The notes under the pieces: model-generated
What the model was told of the DNA's origin: nothing
Database searches by the model: none
What the model saw: the letters and a program-made list of their open reading frames with translations, nothing else
In this document: positions 49,296 through 61,859 of the stretch, in pieces
How positions within the stretch are numbered: position 1 is the stretch's first letter
Layout of the letters: the number at the start of each line of letters is the position of its first letter
Program-made: the position numbers and the translations under genes
Assembly (NCBI GenBank): GCA_030390025.1
Contig: CM059425.1
Coordinates: 178,748,001 to 178,812,000, forward strand
Direction: 5' to 3'
Length of the DNA stretch: 64,000 nt
Origin: Squalus acanthias
Taxonomy: Eukaryota

Positions 49296-49742
49296 GTGTC
49301 AGCCTTAGCTCAGTGGTAGCACTCTCACCTCTGAGTCAGAAAGTTGTGGATTTGTGTCCCACTCCAAAGACTTTAGCACATAATCTAGGGCTAGGCTGAC
49401 ACTTTAGTGAAGCACTGAGGGAGCGTTGCACTGTGAGTAGGGCTGTTTTTCAGATGAGACATTAAACCGAAATCCTGTCTGCCCTCTCAGATGGATGTGA
49501 AAGATCCCATGGCACTATTCAAAGAAAAGCAGATGTCCTGGCCCATACTAACCCTCAACTAACATCACTAAAACAGATTATCTGGTCATTATCTCATTGC
49601 TGTTTGTTGGAACTTGCTGTGCTCAAATTGGCTGCCGCGTTTCCTATATTATAACAGTGGCTACAATTCAAAAGTACTTCATTGGCTGGAAAGCACTTTG
49701 GAATGTCCTAAAGTCATGAAAGGTGCTATATAAATCTTTCTT
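49296..49742 (+). mobile_element. Deu-domain SINE, full length
   Basis: Colinear with 40743-41207. Confidence 0.85.
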
Positions 49743-50136
49743 ACTGAGACAGGCTAACAGTTTGCTTATTGTTTATTTATCTGTGTAAACAACGGCAAAA
49801 ACAAACTCATTAAAATTTAAATCAATTTCATCTCAGTGTCTGTTTTTAAAAGTTAAGTGAATACATTTTGCTTTAAAACACAGCCTTTAAATGTAACTCC
49901 TTTCCAAGTCATTTCTGTGGAAAACTGGTCAATAAAAATCCCCAAATGTGACACACAGCAACCCATGGAATACCATATACCAATATAAAGGAAACCTAAA
50001 GGAGAATGAAAAAAATCATGCTTGGGCTTGGGGAAAAGATTACCATAAGGTAAAATGGGCATAATTATCTTGACCCTAATTATCCTCTGGTCCTGTTAAA
50101 CAAGTGCGATGAGGTAGGACCTCTGCTTGCCAACTG

Positions 50137-50247
50137 GCCCTGAAGTCAATTGAACTCGACAGAGAGTAAAATTAGGTGGGCTGTAAAAAGGGCATCCGAA
50201 CTGAACCCACCCATTCACGCTGGGTGGGTGAGGTTAAAATCGGGGCT
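50137..50247. mobile_element. Old MITE remnant
   Basis: Ends GGTTAAAATCGGGGC, like the end of 16978-18316. Confidence 0.4.
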
Positions 50248-51248
50248 TTGTAGTGAGGTGACACAGTTATCTCTGCCTTTAACTGGCTGGTGTTCCCCTA
50301 CAATCTGACTTTTATCATTTTTGACTCTGTGTCCTGAATATACTTTGTACTTGTAAAGGTGTTCTTCTACATTTGCTAGAGAACAATTACTGCAGAAAAA
50401 GCAAATTAGAATCTTCTTCTAATCTACAAAGAGAAACTGCATCTAATGAAGGCAAAGAGAATCTGAATCCTAAAATCAAAACAAAATCCCTTTCCATGCA
50501 ATTAACCAATCTGGATGACATATGTGTTCAAAGGGTTCAACTCTTTCGGTGTCAATCATTTATAACCAATACATAAAGGTTCTAAAAATGTCAAAGTTAA
50601 TGAGCTACAGATACCTAGGCATGCCAGGTTCTACTTTTTACTCCCCTAACTTTCAATGTTCCTTTAACAAAGGGTCCTACACAGGACCAGATAAGGTACG
50701 GCATATTTATGTCCCACTAACGAGCTATTCCTGAGATCAGTCCTCAATGTTAGCTGTCTTATCCGTGGTAAGGAATGTCCTGTTTGAATAAACATCCTCT
50801 GGGTTTTAATTAGTTTTGTTTTCCCAGCCAATTCCCCACATTCAGTTTAATTACTGACTCCATGTTGTGTGGCCACTTTTAAAGAAACACCACTTTGAGA
50901 ACACAATTCAAGCACTTTACAGGGCATTTTCCCGAAACAAATTAACACTAAAAGTGATGAGTACAAACAATTATAGAAAAAATAACATTAGCTCACCCAG
51001 GGCTTAATGTTAGTCTGTCTAAACCATGGACTTGTGAACCAGGAACCCTGGCTATCCAGTCCATAAAGCCCCAGTAATGCGTTTTCTTTTGTCTTTATAT
51101 TTTGCATGTTGTTTTGTTTACTTGTTTGAATTTTGTTGTCCTTGTGGTTTGGTGATGTCTATTTTCAATGCTCTCTCTTATTAGTGGATAAATCTTAAAT
51201 CAACCAATGAGGAAGTAACACTGGGAAGACACATTTTTAAAACACTAT

Positions 51249-52021
51249 GGGGGAAAAATTCAGCTGCTTGCGCCTCCCGTTAGCGCCTTAAGAGGGCGCT
51301 AATGGGGCGTAAAGCAGCTAACGCCCGGGCGCAGCGCCGCCCACGCCTCCCGAAAAATTTAGTGGGAGGTTAGCGGCGGCGGCAGCCGGTAGCGCCCTGT
51401 GGCGCTGCGCCGCCGGCGATGACGTCATCGCCGTGCGCAGCGCCCCGCTCGCGCCCCGGTCGTGATCTTCAGTCGCGCCCCCTGATTTACCGCCAGACGC
51501 TATGTCCGACGGGTTCAGGGGGGCGTACGTGCGGCCGGGGCGGCGATATTTAAAGGGGAAGTGGCAGGCGGCCATTTTTGTTGCTGGCCGCCTGCCAGCA
51601 CCTGCCCCCGTTGCTGTCCCCGGCCCCCGTGAAGCCCCCCCACCGTGAAGTGCCGGCTGCGCTCCAAGAGCCCGGCACTTCTCTTGAGTGCCGGGCTCTT
51701 TTGCCGGCACTCCCGATCCCTGGGGGCCCAGCTGGGCCCCGGTTCGCGCTGCGCAGGGTCCCTCCCCTTTAAGAAGGGGAGGAAGGCCTGCAATACCGCG
51801 GCGCGACGTGCCGCAGCGCGTGGCGCTGCGGCACGTAGCGCCAGGATATTCACTCGCAGCGCCCCAAGAGGGATGCGGGGTGCTTCCAGTGGCGCCCCGC
51901 TTCCCTCTTGGGGCGCAACCACTGAAGTTCCGGCGCGGGGCCGCTAATTTTTTCGGGGCGCTAAAAGTCGCGCCCCGGCGAGGTTAGCGCCCCAAATGGG
52001 GCGCGACTCAATTTTTACCCC
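51249..52021 (-). mobile_element. Harbinger-type non-autonomous element, family A (complete, inverted)
   Basis: GGGGGAAAAATTCAG ... CTCAATTTTTACCCC; TSD TAT (51246-51248, 52022-52024); reverse complement of 11331-12088. Confidence 0.92.
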
Positions 52022-52413
52022 TATAGGTCAACTAAATTCAAAATGATGAACCCAGAGACCCCTCAGCGCAATCAGCAAACACCAGGGAGAATCAGGGTAG
52101 CAAATGTAAGGAAAAGTATAATGCTGAGGACAGTGGGAGAGCAGGGGTAGTAAGACTGAAGGAGAGGGAAAGCAGAGCACACTTCCGGTGAAGTTGCAGC
52201 AGTGGAGTGGGAGCAGTTCTGAGGAAATTCCCACCTTGGGAGAATAGCAATAATGAGACTGAATGAGGGGGAGAGTGGGAGAGCAAGGCAATACTTTGGA
52301 AAGAACAGGGACAGGATGACCACATGTCAGGAAAAGTGGGAAAAGGGAGACAAAGTTTGTTGATGAAAACAATTCTTCTGTATCTACCCTATCGAATCCC
52401 TTTACCATTTTAA

Positions 52414-53203
52414 ATAACAACAACATTTATATAGTGCCTTTAAAGTATTAAAACATCCCAAAGCGCTTCACAGGAACATTACCAAACAAAGTTTGGCACC
52501 AAACCACATAAGGAGATATTAGGACAGGTGACCAAAAGCTTGGTCAAAGAGGTAGGTTTTAAGGAGCGTCTTAAAGGAGGAGAGGTAGAGAAGCGGAGAG
52601 GTTTAGGGAGAGAATTCTAGAGTTTACGGTCTAGGCAACTGAAGGCACGGCCACTAATGGTGGAGAAATGAAAATCGGGGATGCTGAAGAAGCCAGAATT
52701 GGAGGAGTGCAGAGATCTCAGAGGGGTGTGGGGCTGGATGAGATGACATGAATACAGAGGGATGAGGCCATGGAGGGTTTTGAAAACAAGGATGAGAATT
52801 TTAAAATCGAGGTGTTTCTGGACCGGATGCCAATGTAGGTCAGTGAGGACAGGGTGATGGATGAACGGGACTTGGTGCGCGTTAGGATAAGGGCAGTAGA
52901 GTTTTGGAACAGCTCAAGTTTATGGAGGATGGTAGGTGGAAGGCTGGCCAGGAGAGTATTGAAATAGTTGAGTCTAGAAGTAACAAAGAAGAAACAAGGG
53001 TTTCAACAGCAGATGAACTGAGGCGGGGCAGAGATGGGTGACTTTACGAAGGTGGAAGTAGGCAGTCTTGGTGGAGGAGAGGATATGGGCTTGCAAACTC
53101 AGCTCAGGGTCAAATAGGACACCAGGGTTGCGAACAATCTGGTTCAGCCTCAGACAGTGGCCAAGGAGAGGGATGGAATCAATGGCCAGGGAACGGAGTT
53201 TGT
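52414..53203 (-). mobile_element. L2 LINE 3' fragment inserted in a CR1 remnant (about 52375-52413, 53204-53345)
   Basis: (AAC)n tail, GGACAGGTGACCAAAAGCTTGGTCAAAGAGG identical to the L2 at about 5750. Confidence 0.85.
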
Positions 53204-53849
53204 GATTAGATCACCCCTCAATGTTCTAACCGCAAGGGAATATAAGACAAGTTTATGCAACCTGTCCTTATAATTTAATCCCTTAAACCCTGATATCGTT
53301 CTGGTGAATCTGCACTGTATACCCTCTAAGGCCAATATATAATTCCTGCAATTAGCTCTGTAGTTACCTAGTTTCTTGTTCCTTTTTAAAATAATTTCCC
53401 AATCCTAAGGTACAATTCCTGAATCTAGACAGCTTTGGAAAATTATAACTAATACATCTGATTATGACTAATACATCTGACATGAGGAACAATACCCTTC
53501 CACCAGCTTTGCCGAGGCCATTAAGTGAGCACCTCATAGGAATAACAGAGTTAGTAAACATTCTATTAAGAAAAGCGCTATGAGTTGATCACTTGGGTGA
53601 GAAATGAATGGAAGGCAATTATGTGTTGGGAATTAATGCCTTTATCACATTTGGCACTTTGGTCTTAAGTGTGGTTTCATAGCAGCTTCTGAATCTACAT
53701 TGTCAGTATGTCATTTATATAGAAGTTGGGTGAATAGTTTGAATGTTCTTTAATGCAGGGCTAAGGGAGTGATGAAGGATGTAACAAGGACTGTTAATGC
53801 AGAGGGTCTCTGTGTATATTTTCAGGACAGGGAAATGAGCAAGTCAGCA

Positions 53850-54022
53850 GAATTACTGAGCAATTAGCTGGTTCCTCACATCTCTTGCTGCCAGGTGTTG
53901 AGGTGGTCCTCCTTCTTCTGCTTCCTCGCCTTCCCCCTGGTCTTCCTTGTCCGATGAGGACTGCTGCTGCTGCTGGGCCTCCTCCAAATACAGGGATCTC
54001 TGCATGGCAAGGTTACTTTAAT
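53850..54022 (-). pseudogene. Harbinger transposase C-terminal remnant
   Basis: NLAMQRSL...QQSSSDKEDQGEGEEAEE...AARDVRNQLIAQ parallels the tail of 38896-39315. Confidence 0.6.
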
Positions 54023-54558
54023 TATAGTGCTCTTTCTTTCTAAATAAACTGCAAAGTTGATCAAGAATAAGATCTTTGGGGTCCAGATCCCCGAGCTTGG
54101 GTGGCAGTCAGCCTCGCCACCTGATTTCTCTTAATTTTCCTCTGCTATACCAAAAATCCAACCTAATGTGTCTTCTAAAAGATCAAACATTAAAATAGAA
54201 ATATTAGCAAAGGAGTCTGATGCTGCGGCACATAGGCTATATACAGCGTTCACCATGGAATGGTGGGATTTGGGTATCCCACACGGTTAAATCCCTAATC
54301 TTAGATCGTCTGCTTGGGAGATGGCGCTGAACAGAAGTCAGGTGTTTCCCCCAATCAATGATCGAGTTGATTCAGACTACAGATGCGCTTCTTAACAGCT
54401 GGTTAAAGAGTGGCATTGCCAAATGCTCAGGAAGAGGTCACATCCTCACCTTGTTTGTTAGGGAATGGTGTGCATTATGTAGTGAAAGAGATGGAAGTCA
54501 AGGAATATCAGGAAAACATCAACAAGGAGGAAAAAAATAACAAAACATAAAACATAAT

Positions 54559-55452
54559 AGGGGAAAAATTCGGTTGCTTTGCGCCTCCCGTTAGTGCCCT
54601 AAGAGGGCGCTAATGGGCCGCAAAGCAACTAGCGCCCGGGCACGGCAATGTTTGCACCGCTCGCGAAATTGACCAGACATTTTGCGGCAGCGCTAAACAC
54701 TACTGCCACGATCTCCTGCGCCCGCAGATCATGACGTCAGTCGCGCGTGCAATGCCCCGGTAGCGCCCCAGACCGGATGTTGAGTGGCGCCCCCTGCTTT
54801 ACCACCTGTCGTTAGCAACGGCAGGTTGAAGGGAATGTTTTGCAGTCGGGAAGGGACTGGGGGAGTGCTATTTAAAGGCGACCGCTTCCTGACTTTTTTT
54901 ATCGGGGACGTTTTTGCACCACGCATTCTGAGAGAGAGAGAGAGAGACTTCTGGAGAGATTCAACGCGGTGTGAAGGAGTTTTGGGTAATGAGCTGCACT
55001 TTGCAGGTTCATTTTGATTTGTCCTTCCTTGCATCGATTTAGAAGAGACTTTGGGGGCTGCGCTCTGAGCTCGTTCCCTGGGTCTCTCCATTGTTCTTTC
55101 CAGCAGAATTGATGTACAGGTCTGTCCAGGCCAAGATTAAAGGCTGCAATGATCAGGGTGTGGATGGAGAACAAGATTGACCCTCCCCTTTAAGAACTGG
55201 CCGGCGCCATTGTGTCTGTGTTCCATTGCTGACTGACATCACATGAGCTTCGCCAGTGCTCTGAGTTAGCACCTCGCTCCTCGGCGTTAGCACCTTAAGA
55301 GAGGTGTGTAGCGCCTGATTTAGCGCTCCAATCACCTCCAGCGACGATAGAAGCCAAGTTTGCAGTCGGAGGTGATCATTAGCGCCAGGCGCTAAACTTT
55401 GCATCCGGCCGATAATTGCGCCCCAAACGGGGCGATACAGAATTTCTCCCCC
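54559..55452. mobile_element. Harbinger-type non-autonomous element, family B
   Basis: AGGGGAAAAATT ... AATTTCTCCCCC; TSD AAT; colinear with 18381-19274. Confidence 0.88.
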
Positions 55453-55537
55453 AATATAACATAACATTTAACTTTATTCTGATTTGCATCTTTATTGATC
55501 ATTATCAGAAGTTAAAACTCAGTCACCTCTTCAGCAA

Positions 55538-55736
55538 TGATCAATCAATGATGATCAATACAAAGCCAATTTCATGAATGTGAAATCAGTGATCCAATGA
55601 TCTCTGTGTACTTAAAGTGATTGAGCTTCACTTGGCCTCATCATACCCCATCACTTTAAATACATCGGAGCGTACTGCTTCCATTGATTTCATATTTTTT
55701 TAAATTGGCCTACTATTGATCACCATTGACTGATCA
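55538..55736. repeat. AT-rich imperfect palindrome of about 200 bp
   Basis: TGATCAATCAATGATGATCAATA...GCCAATTT...TGAAATCA pairs with TGATTTCA...AAATTGGC...TATTGATCACCATTGACTGATCA. Confidence 0.8.
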
Positions 55737-58700
55737 TCAGCAACAACGTAACTGCAATAATAACTTAAATGACTACAAAGAAGTTTGTACAGATAAATAT
55801 CTATGATAAAACAAGAAATGTGCATCTGCTAGTTACAGTTACTCAAATAGCTGAATACCAAGGCAATTGGTGCTAATATTTTCCTTTTAATTTTAACTAA
55901 CTCAGTGTTAGTTCAGGAGCAGGTAGTATAAGTCAAGTAGTGTGTGACATGTGGAAAAGTGGGATAAATAAAGTGAGTGCAGTACCAGAAAGAGAAAGTC
56001 AAAGAGCTACAATGAATGACGTGTCCAATGTTCAGTCAGGGACAAAAAACTATGCCAGTTTTAAAAATCTTTGCAGGTCTAGACCAGATTGCAGGCTTGG
56101 ACCCCAGGTGAGCCCCAAATACACCAGTTAGCAAATTTCACTGGGCATAGGCCTGATGGCATATTCGCAGGCTGGGGAAAAGGAAACTTTTGGGCTAGGG
56201 AATCCTACCCCTGGCTGCATCTCCTTCTGACACGGGTGGCCTTATTTGGGCTGGATTATTGCTCCAACCCAAACAGTGCCTTGTGGAAACTGGCGAGGAA
56301 GAATGTGAACTGGCGTATCTGAGTCTCGCCCTAATTTGTGACTCTTCCACCACACTCCTACTGGATTTACCACAAGAGTGAACAGGAAGGGCTGCAGATC
56401 TTTACCCTCTGGTTGGGAACAAGACTAAAGGTTACAGGGCTAAGCATAGACATATGCATGGCCTGGAGTTTCCGTTAAGGGGACAAGCAGCAAATTGCGG
56501 CCAGAATGCACCCGACACTGCGCTAGTTTTGTTGAGTTGAAGTTACGCCCAGGTTTCTGTGCAAACTTATTAGCATAAGCCCGAAGGTAAAATTTCCCAT
56601 GAGTCAGTGTAATCATGCCGCATAATTGAACATCATCGATTTGTGACTGGAACAGAGCCAGTGGGGCCTCAAGGTGCTAGGATATGGTAATTGTAATATA
56701 TGTGGGTAGAACAAATGAAGGACAGAGACACCAGTTGCTAGTTCATGAGCTTGCTTTACTAGGCCAGAGCGAACTGAGTATGCTCATACTAAACCATGTG
56801 ACAAACCATGCGATAATATATTAAACTGCTTTTCCCTTAAAAAAAATGCACATATTCCCCTCTCAAATACAAAAAAATATGGTTCCACCTTTCCCAGCAT
56901 TATATGTACCACATAACAAAAACTCCTGGCATTTTTTTCCTTTTAAATCAACTACAAATGAACTACAAATCCAGTTTAATAACAGGTTTGCGGAGCCATC
57001 CTGATCTCTTTACAGGAGGTTTTGGTGTTGAACCAATTTTCGGACTGTTTTGTTCTGGTTCCGAACTCAAAGATGATCGTGTTTCTATCTCAGACATGTT
57101 TGAACCTGATACTTCAGTTACTGAAGTCTGAACGGAGTCAAACTCATGTATGTGTTCATGATCAAGTGGTTCACGATCATATCTTGGTTCATCTCTAGCA
57201 GAGATCATTTGATCTACATGAACACTTCGGATGTTGTCACCAATCTCAACCAAATATCTCTTGGTTCCACCAACCTCTACCATAGTTCCTATATCCCACT
57301 TGTGTGAACTCGACTTGCCAGGGGGACTGAGAACATGAACACACTCGTTTTGTCTGAAACTGCGTTCTTTCCGATTGCTGTCATAATAACGTTTCTGACT
57401 CAACTGTTTATGTTCAACTCTTGAGGCCAAATTTGGTTGAACAATCGTGTTCTCAATCTCCTCTTCATCAAAAGTTCTGCTGGGGTATATCCAGTTGTAG
57501 TGTGTGGAGTAGTTCTGTACTTCAGCAAGAAATTTGCCAAATGTTGCTTCATGCTGAGCCCCGAACACTTGCTTTTTGAAAGCTTCTTTTACTATTCTGA
57601 CTGATCTGTCGGCTGCTCCGTTTGAAGCTGAAAGATATGGTGGAACGAGAGTGTGTTTGATACCGTTCCGTTTCATGAATTCTTGGAATAGAGCAGAACG
57701 GACCTGAGGACCATTGTCAGAAACAAGCTCTTCAGGTAAGCCATGACATGCGAAGATAGACCTCAACTCATCTATGGTACGTTCAGTTGTAGTATTTGAA
57801 CCCATGTGTTTCACTTCAATCCACTTTGAGTGACTATCTACAAGTACCAGGAAATAATCATTTGCTTTCTCACAGAAATCTACATGCACTCTCTGAAAAG
57901 GTCTCCTGGCCATGACCAGGGTTGTAGTGGAGTTTTGGGTGGTTTGTTTCTGCAATTTTGGCAAACACTGCATTTGCTGACAAGTGATTCAAGATCACTG
58001 TCCAATCCAGGTCAGTAAACAAAGCTTCTTGCAATTGATTTCATACTGACAATCCCTGGATGTTCAGTATGAAGTTCGGCCAGAATTCTATCTCTCAAAG
58101 AAATAGGTACCACCACTCTGTTTCCCCACTTGATACAATCTTGCTCACAAGACAATTCAGTATGACGGTTCTGGAATGGTTTCAACAGTGTCCATACACT
58201 GATCAATCAATCCATTTAAAGTGTTTTCATACACTCTTTTCAGTACTGAGTCCTTTTGAGTCTCATTTGCAATCTCAGTTGAATTCTCGGGAAAGTCTTT
58301 GTCAACTGCACCTAGCGTGAAAATTTCTGAAGTGTGATCAGGTGAACTTTCTTGATCAGTATGTTTCTGGCCCGATGAGGGAGGAGGCATTGCTGGCTCT
58401 GGTTCTGGGGAATGAGGTAGGTCAAGTGGAGCAAGTGTCAGTAGGTTTGCTAGTGCTGTTGGGGAGGGTTTAACCTAATTTGGCAGGGGGATGGGCACCA
58501 GGATGTAACATTAGAAAGGGGAAATAAAGTGCTCAAAGGATTGGGAGAAGCAGAGAGCACCAACGTAAGAAATAGTAAGGTATTAGGTGGAGTCCAACTA
58601 AGAGAGAATACAGGATGGTCTAAGTTGGGTTTACAGAGTATGTATGTGAACGCACAAAGCGTAGTAAACAAGGCAAGTGAGCTGCAGGCACAAATAGCCA

Positions 58701-59025
58701 TATGGGAATATGTTGTTGTGACAATAACTAAGACCTGGCTCAAAAAAAGGCAGGATTGGGTATTAAATATTCCTGGTTACAAGGTGTTCAGGAAAGATAG
58801 GGAAGGAAAGATAGGAGATGGTGTGGCAGTATTGGTTAAGGAGAATGTTACAGTGCTGGAGAGGGAGGATGTCCTGGAGGGTCAAGGACAGAATCTATAT
58901 GGCTAGTGTTAAGAAATAATAGAGGTGCCATTTCACTACTAGGTGTATTCTATAGACCACCAAATAGTGGGAAAGGTATGGAGGAGCAAATTTTCAGAGA
59001 AATTACAGAGAGGTGCAAGAACTAT

Positions 59026-59733
59026 GGGGGCGCTACCTTTGCTGGGGCGCTAATTATAGCGCCCCGAAAAAGCTAGCGCCCCTGCGGCCAATTTTCCCAG
59101 GTAGTGCCCCGAGAGGGAGGAGGTACTGCGAGCCAATATTGTGGCGCTACATGCCACAGCACCGCACACTGTGGCACGTCGCGCCGTGGTACTGCAGACC
59201 TTCCTCCCCTTATTAAAGGGGAGGGGCCTGGCGCAGCACATCCCGGTGCCCAGCTAGGCCACCAGGGATCGGGAGTGCCGGCAAACGAGCCCGGCACTCA
59301 AGAGGAGTGCCGGGCTCACGGAGAGCAGCCAGCACCCCGTGGGGGGGCTTCACGGGGGCCGGGGACTGCAACAGGGGGCAGGTGCTGGTAGGCGGCCAGC
59401 AATAAAAATGGCCACCCGCCACCTCCCCTTTAACTAGCGCCGTCCCGGCCACAGGTAGGCCCCCCTTACCCCGGCGGACATAGTGTCCGGCGGTAATTCG
59501 GGGGTGCCACCCAATATTACAGTGGGGGCGCGAGCGGGGCGCTGCGCACGGCGATGATGTCATCACCGGCGGTGCAGTGCGGCGCGCCGCTAACGGTTAG
59601 CGCCGCCGCTAACCTCCCACTGAATTTCACGGGAGCCGTTAGCGGCACCGCGCCCAGGCGCTAGTTGATTTGCGCCCTGTTAGCGCCCTCTTAGGACGCT
59701 AACAGAAGGCGCAAATCAATCGAATTTAGCCCC
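59026..59733 (+). mobile_element. Harbinger-type non-autonomous element, family A (diverged, left TIR partly deleted)
   Basis: Colinear with 11331-12088; TSD TAT/CAT within the CR1 endonuclease region. Confidence 0.85.
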
Positions 59734-61486
59734 CATAGAGTAGTAATAATGAAGACTTCAACTTTCCTAATATAGACTGGGATTGTAATAGTGTAAAGGG
59801 CAGAGAGAGGAAGAATTTCTGAAGTGTGTTCAGGAGAACTTTCTTGATCAGTATGTTTCCGGCCTGACGAGGGAGGAGGCATTACTGGATCTGGTTCTGG
59901 GGAATGAAGTAGGTCAAGTGGAGCAAGTGTCAGTAGGTGAATATTTAGGGAACAGTGATCATAGTATTATAAGGTTTAGATTAGCTATGGAAAAGGACAG
60001 GGAGCAATCTAGAGTAAGAATGTTTAACTGGGGGAAGGCCAATTTCAGTGGGATGAGAACAGATCTGACCTGGGTAAACTGGAATCAAAGATTGGCAGGC
60101 AAATCTGTAGTGGAACAATGGGCTGCCTTTAAAGAGGAAATAGTTCAGGTACAGTCGAGGTACATTCCCATGAGGGGGAAAGGCAGGGCAACTAAAGTCA
60201 GAGCTTCCTGGATGACAGAACAGATAGCCAATATGATGAAGCAGAAAAAGAATGCATATGACAGGTGTCAGGTTGCAAATACATCTGAGAATCAGGCTAT
60301 ATATACAGAAAGGTCAGAGGAGAAGTGAAAAAGAAAATAAGAGGGGCAAAGAGAGGGTATGAGAATAGAATGGCAGCTAACATAAAAGGTAATCCAAAAG
60401 TCTTTTACAGGCATATAAATAGTAAAAGGGTAGTAAGTGGAGGGGTGGGGCCGATTAGGGACCAAATAGGAGACCTATGCATGGAGGCAGAGGGTATGGC
60501 TGAGGTACTAAATGAGTACTTTGCATCTGTCTTCACCAAGGAAGAGGATGCTGCCATAGACATCGTGAAGAAGGAGCTAGTGGAGACACTTGATAGTATA
60601 AAAATTGATAAAGAAGAGGTATTAGAAAGGCTGGCTGTACTTAAAGTAGATAGGAGCAGATGGGATGCATCCTAGGATGCTGAGGGAATTGAGGGCGGAA
60701 ATCGTGGAGGTACTTGCCATAATATTCCAATCCTCCATAGATACGGGGGTGGTGCCAGAGGACTGGAGAATTGCAAATGTTACACCATTGTTCAAAAAAG
60801 GGTGTAAAGATAAACCCAGCAACAACAGGCCAGTCAGTTCAACCTCGGTAGTGGGGAAGCTTTTAGAAACAGTAATCGGACAAAATTAACAGTCATTTGG
60901 ATAGGTGTGGATTAGTTAAGGAAAGCCAGCATGGATTTGTTAAAGGCAAATCGTGTTTAACCAACTTGATCGAGTTTTTTGATGAGGTAATAGAGAGGAT
61001 TGATGAGGGTAATGCGGTTGACATAGTGTACATGGATTTCCAAAAAGCGTTTGACAAAATGCCACATAATAGGCTCACCAGCAAACTTGAAGCCCATAGA
61101 ATAAAAGGGACAGTGGCAGCATGGATATGGAATTGGTTAAGTGACAGGAAACAGAGAGTAGTGGTGAACTGTTGTTTTTCGGATGGAGGAAGGTATACAG
61201 TGGTGTTCCCCAGGGGTCAGTTCTAAGACCACTGCTTTTCTTGATATATATTAATGACTTGGATATGGGTGTACAGGGCACAATTTTGAAACTTGCAGAT
61301 GATACAAAACTTGGAAGTATAGTGAACAGTGACGAGGATAGTGATAGACTTCAGGAAGACATAAACAGGCTGGGGAAATGGGCGGACACGTGGCAGATGA
61401 AATTTAACGCAGAAAAGTGTGAAGTGATACATTTTGGTAGAAATAATGAGGAGCGGACATATAAGCTAAATGGTACAATCCTAAAG

Positions 61487-61859
61487 TTCGAATCTGACCT
61501 CGGGTGACTGTCTGTGTGGAGTTTGCACATTCTCCCCGTGTCTGCGTGGGTTTCCTCCGGGTGCTCCGGTTTCCTCCCACAGTCCAAAAATGTGTGGGTT
61601 AGGTTGATTTGGCTATGATAAATTGACCCTTAGTGTTAGGGGGGATTAAATATGTAGGGTTATGGGGATAGGATGGGATATGTTAGGGGGAATTAAATAC
61701 GTGGGGTTACGGGGGTAGGGTCGGATATGTGTACTGTGGGGATTAAAGCAGGGACAGGGTACTGGATTTGGATGATCAGCCATGATCGTATTGAATGGCG
61801 GAGCAGGCTCGACGGGCCGAATGGCCTACTCCTGCTCCTAGATTCTATGTTTCTATGTT
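61487..61859 (+). mobile_element. HE1-like V-SINE, 5'-truncated
   Basis: V-domain TGTGTGGAGTTTGCACATTCTCCCCGTGTCTGCGTGGGTTTCCTCCGGGTGCTCCGGTTTCCTCCCAC; CR1-type tail; TSD TAAAG. Confidence 0.88.

Noticed and set aside
50373..50576. ORF containing a KEN-box-like motif (KENLNP)
   Set aside because: Short motif expected by chance; no supporting exon evidence
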